Below the pieces are notes generated by a model. That model was not told where the DNA came from and ran no database searches. It was given only the letters and a program-made list of their open reading frames with translations. Shown piece by piece: positions 54,901 to 56,200 of a stretch of 56,200 nt of DNA. The stretch's first letter is position 1. Each line of letters starts with the position of its first letter. The position numbers were made by a program, and so were the translations under genes. The stretch comes from Flavobacteriales bacterium (GTDB lineage: Bacteria > Bacteroidota > Bacteroidia > Flavobacteriales > UBA7430), in contig NZJX01000004.1 in the NCBI GenBank assembly GCA_002692065.1, positions 1 to 56,200 on the forward strand, written 5' to 3'.

Positions 54901-56200
54901 TATTTAAATTGAATAACCCAGAAAATTGACAAGATCCATCATCTTCATTTGCAGCAGGATTGAAATTTGAAGCAAAAGGAACCACACATCCAGGGACAGA
55001 GTACAAACATAAATTATCTTCTGTATTTGCTAGAGAATTATAATTGAATGCTAATTCATCCATACATCCATAAATTACTGGGATACAAGAGTTATCCTCA
55101 GTATTTGCTAGAGAGTTATAATTGAATGCAAGAGGATTTAAACACCCATACAGGAATCCAACACAAGATCCATCATCTGTATTTGCCTGAGAATTATAGT
55201 TGAAGGCTCCAGGAGAAACACAACCATATTGCACAGGTTCACATACACCATTGTCAGTATTTGCAATTGGATCATAATTAAAAGCATTTGGATTTGTACA
55301 ACCATATATGTAACCTTCACATGTTCCATCATCTGTATTTGCCTCAGAACTATAATTGTATGCCCCCTCGTTTAAACATCCATAAATTACTGGGATACAA
55401 CTACTATCATCAATATTTGCAACAGAATTATAATTGAAGGCATCCATATTTGTACATCCAAGAATTACTTCAATACACGATCCATCATCTGTATTTGCCT
55501 GAGAATTATAATTAAAGGCTAATTCATCCATACATCCGCTTATAACTGGTATACAACTTCCATCATCAATATTAACTTGTGAATCAAAATTAAATGCATT
55601 GGGATTATTACATCCATAGATAATATTCACACATGACTCATCATCCGTATTAGCCTGAGAATTATAATTTAATGCTAATTCATCTAAACATCCATAAATT
55701 ATTGCCTCACAGGATTGATCATTTACATTTGCAAGCGGATTATAATTGAACGCTTGGGGATTTGTACAACCATTTACTATTAATACACAAGATCCATCAT
55801 CTGTATTTGCCTGAGAATTGTAATTGAACGCTAATTCATCCATACAACCATCAACAACTGGTATACATGAATCATCATTCGTATTTGCTTGAGAATTATA
55901 ATTGAAGGCTATAGGATTCATACATCCTAAAATTATATCTTCACATGTTCCATCATCTGTATTTGCCTGAGAATTATAATTGGACGCTAATTCATCCATA
56001 CAACCATCAACAACTGGTATACATGAATCATCATTCATATTTGCTTGAGAATTATAATTGAACGCTTGGGGATTCATACATCCAAGAATTACTTCAATAC
56101 ACGATCCATCATCTGTATTTGCCTGAGAATTATAATTGAACGCTAATTCATCCATACAACCATCAACAACTGGTATACATGAATCATCATTCGTATTTGC
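51968..56200 (-). CDS. Giant Cys-paired tandem-repeat protein with a duplicated C-terminal GWN-YQIK module; 5' end lies outside the window (>1410 aa)
   Basis: The frame stays open from 56200 (ANTNDDSCIPVVDGC-MDELA..); about 44 units of ~26 aa; ends ..PGSGYQIKVNTSFSISF. Confidence 0.92.
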   Translation of the reverse strand, partial: ANTNDDSCIPVVDGCMDELAFNYNSQANTDDGSCIEVILGCMNPQAFNYNSQANMNDDSCIPVVDGCMDELASNYNSQANTDDGTCEDIILGCMNPIAFNYNSQANTNDDSCIPVVDGCMDELAFNYNSQANTDDGSCVLIVNGCTNPQAFNYNPLANVNDQSCEAIIYGCLDELALNYNSQANTDDESCVNIIYGCNNPNAFNFDSQVNIDDGSCIPVISGCMDELAFNYNSQANTDDGSCIEVILGCTNMDAFNYNSVANIDDSSCIPVIYGCLNEGAYNYSSEANTDDGTCEGYIYGCTNPNAFNYDPIANTDNGVCEPVQYGCVSPGAFNYNSQANTDDGSCVGFLYGCLNPLAFNYNSLANTEDNSCIPVIYGCMDELAFNYNSLANTEDNLCLYSVPGCVVPFASNFNPAANEDDGSCQFSGLFNLNRISSNLICIDDQANNYISYADPNSTNFSSSLQNVINQGIYLVDNSSCTYSGCMNPIALNYDLDATQDDNSCIIEGCTDRLSFNYNSQATTDNGSCISVVMGCINSSSYNYNSEANTDDGSCEDIILGCTNGLSYNFNSEANTDDGSCEDITLGCINPLSYNYNSEANTDDGSCEDITLGCINPLSFNYNSEANTDDGTCIPIIYGCINPLSFNYNSEANTDNGSCIDIIFGCTDFLASNYNFEANTNDSSCTYIVLGCIDPIASNYNPEANEDDGSCIILGCTNPSAENYDSFANVDDNSCILIILGCTNISASNYNFLATQDNGSCLIEISGCMNSIAENYNPNANIEDGTCIILGCMDEIASNYDPGANVDNNSCIYPSIFGCTDPLALNYFNLANEDDGSCIEVIPGCTDINAFNYNSISNFNDGSCIDVVLGCINLNSFNYDAFANTDNGSCQAISLGCTDPLAFNFNPSANTDDYSCEDIILGCINLNAINYNPSANTNDGSCEEVILGCIFSNALNFDPNANLDDGSCRYPISGCMNPNSLNYNMNATEDDGSCQEIILGCTTSGSLNYNPDANIDDNSCIELIFGCTDLNAFNYDDNANFDNGSCIDMVYGCTDFNSLNFNSHANADDGSCININLGCMDFLANNYNSEANVDDGSCIYIVNGCIDPNALNFDPNANFDNGSCIGIILGCMDANYMEFNTNANVDDGTCNTSWELGYTTVESMNFNLYDEISSIEYHIDSVIANQCAITVQFQVGWNMFGYTASTPNDIGEVMKDFDDYIEILKDNNGDQYWPEFNYNSIGDFTPGSGYQIKVNSPFSLVFGNTDIENDETSNILGCTDDNFINFNSNANIDDNSCSNSWGEAYSNVIDLQNILLNQLDSLNSQINLSNQNFQCDTINIVFQEGWNMFGYCSNEIIDISQVLGENDNYIDIMKDNNGDQYWPEFNYNSIGNFTPGSGYQIKVNTSFSISF
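51992..52476 (-). repeat. 447-bp-period internal duplication of the C-terminal module
   Basis: Identical 38-mer ATTAACCTTAATTTGATATCCAGATCCAGGAGTAAAAT at 51992-52029 and 52439-52476. Confidence 0.9.
52750..56200 (-). repeat. Coding tandem array of ~78-bp units (GCxD/NxxAxNY/FxxxANxDDGSC)
   Basis: About 43 consecutive units, one with an insertion near 54760-54890. Near-identical DNA copies at ~54230-54580. A 156-bp A/B dimer at ~55720-56200 (56104-56200 vs 55792-55888 differ at one base by eye). Confidence 0.95.

Noticed and set aside
52750-56200. Regular ~78-bp periodicity resembling a CRISPR array
   Set aside because: The units are in-frame coding repeats with codon-level variation, there is no constant-repeat/unique-spacer structure, and no cas genes are present.
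1-56200. tRNA, rRNA, transposases, integrases, stop-codon reassignment
   Set aside because: None recognised. Intergenic spaces are too short, and conserved genes end at standard TAA/TAG/TGA.

Overview
Very AT-rich, tightly packed bacterial chromosome segment. It is most consistent with a streamlined, probably marine, Bacteroidota (Flavobacteriales-like) genome: TAnnTTTG promoter boxes, T9SS C-terminal domains, Gln after signal peptides and alpha2-type GlyRS. The housekeeping backbone is tyrS, pyrC, metG, aspS, hemACDEF, leuS, glyQS, ffs (SRP RNA), rseP, dxr, S46 peptidase, uvrC, asd and nrdAB. About one third of the window encodes five proteins built on one Cys-paired acidic repeat (GCxDxxAxNY/FxxxAxxDDGSC, about 70 copies by manual count). 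They are (1) a >1795-aa animal-like trypsin missed by the ORF track, (2) a stand-alone lamin-tail-domain protein, (3) an endonuclease-I/OB-fold protein that with (2) flanks a TonB receptor in a putative SusD-less nucleic-acid uptake operon, (4) a 1341-aa protein with an intact lysyl-oxidase domain, and (5) a >1410-aa near-pure repeat protein. Three of them share a duplicated 'GWN...YxPEW/FxxNxIG...GYQIK' module that I cannot name; in two it is the C-terminus, where a T9SS signal would otherwise be expected. rseP and uvrC each carry a one-base frameshift in a poly-A run. Several operon-leading genes appear leaderless. All family assignments come from motif recognition by eye; no searches were run.
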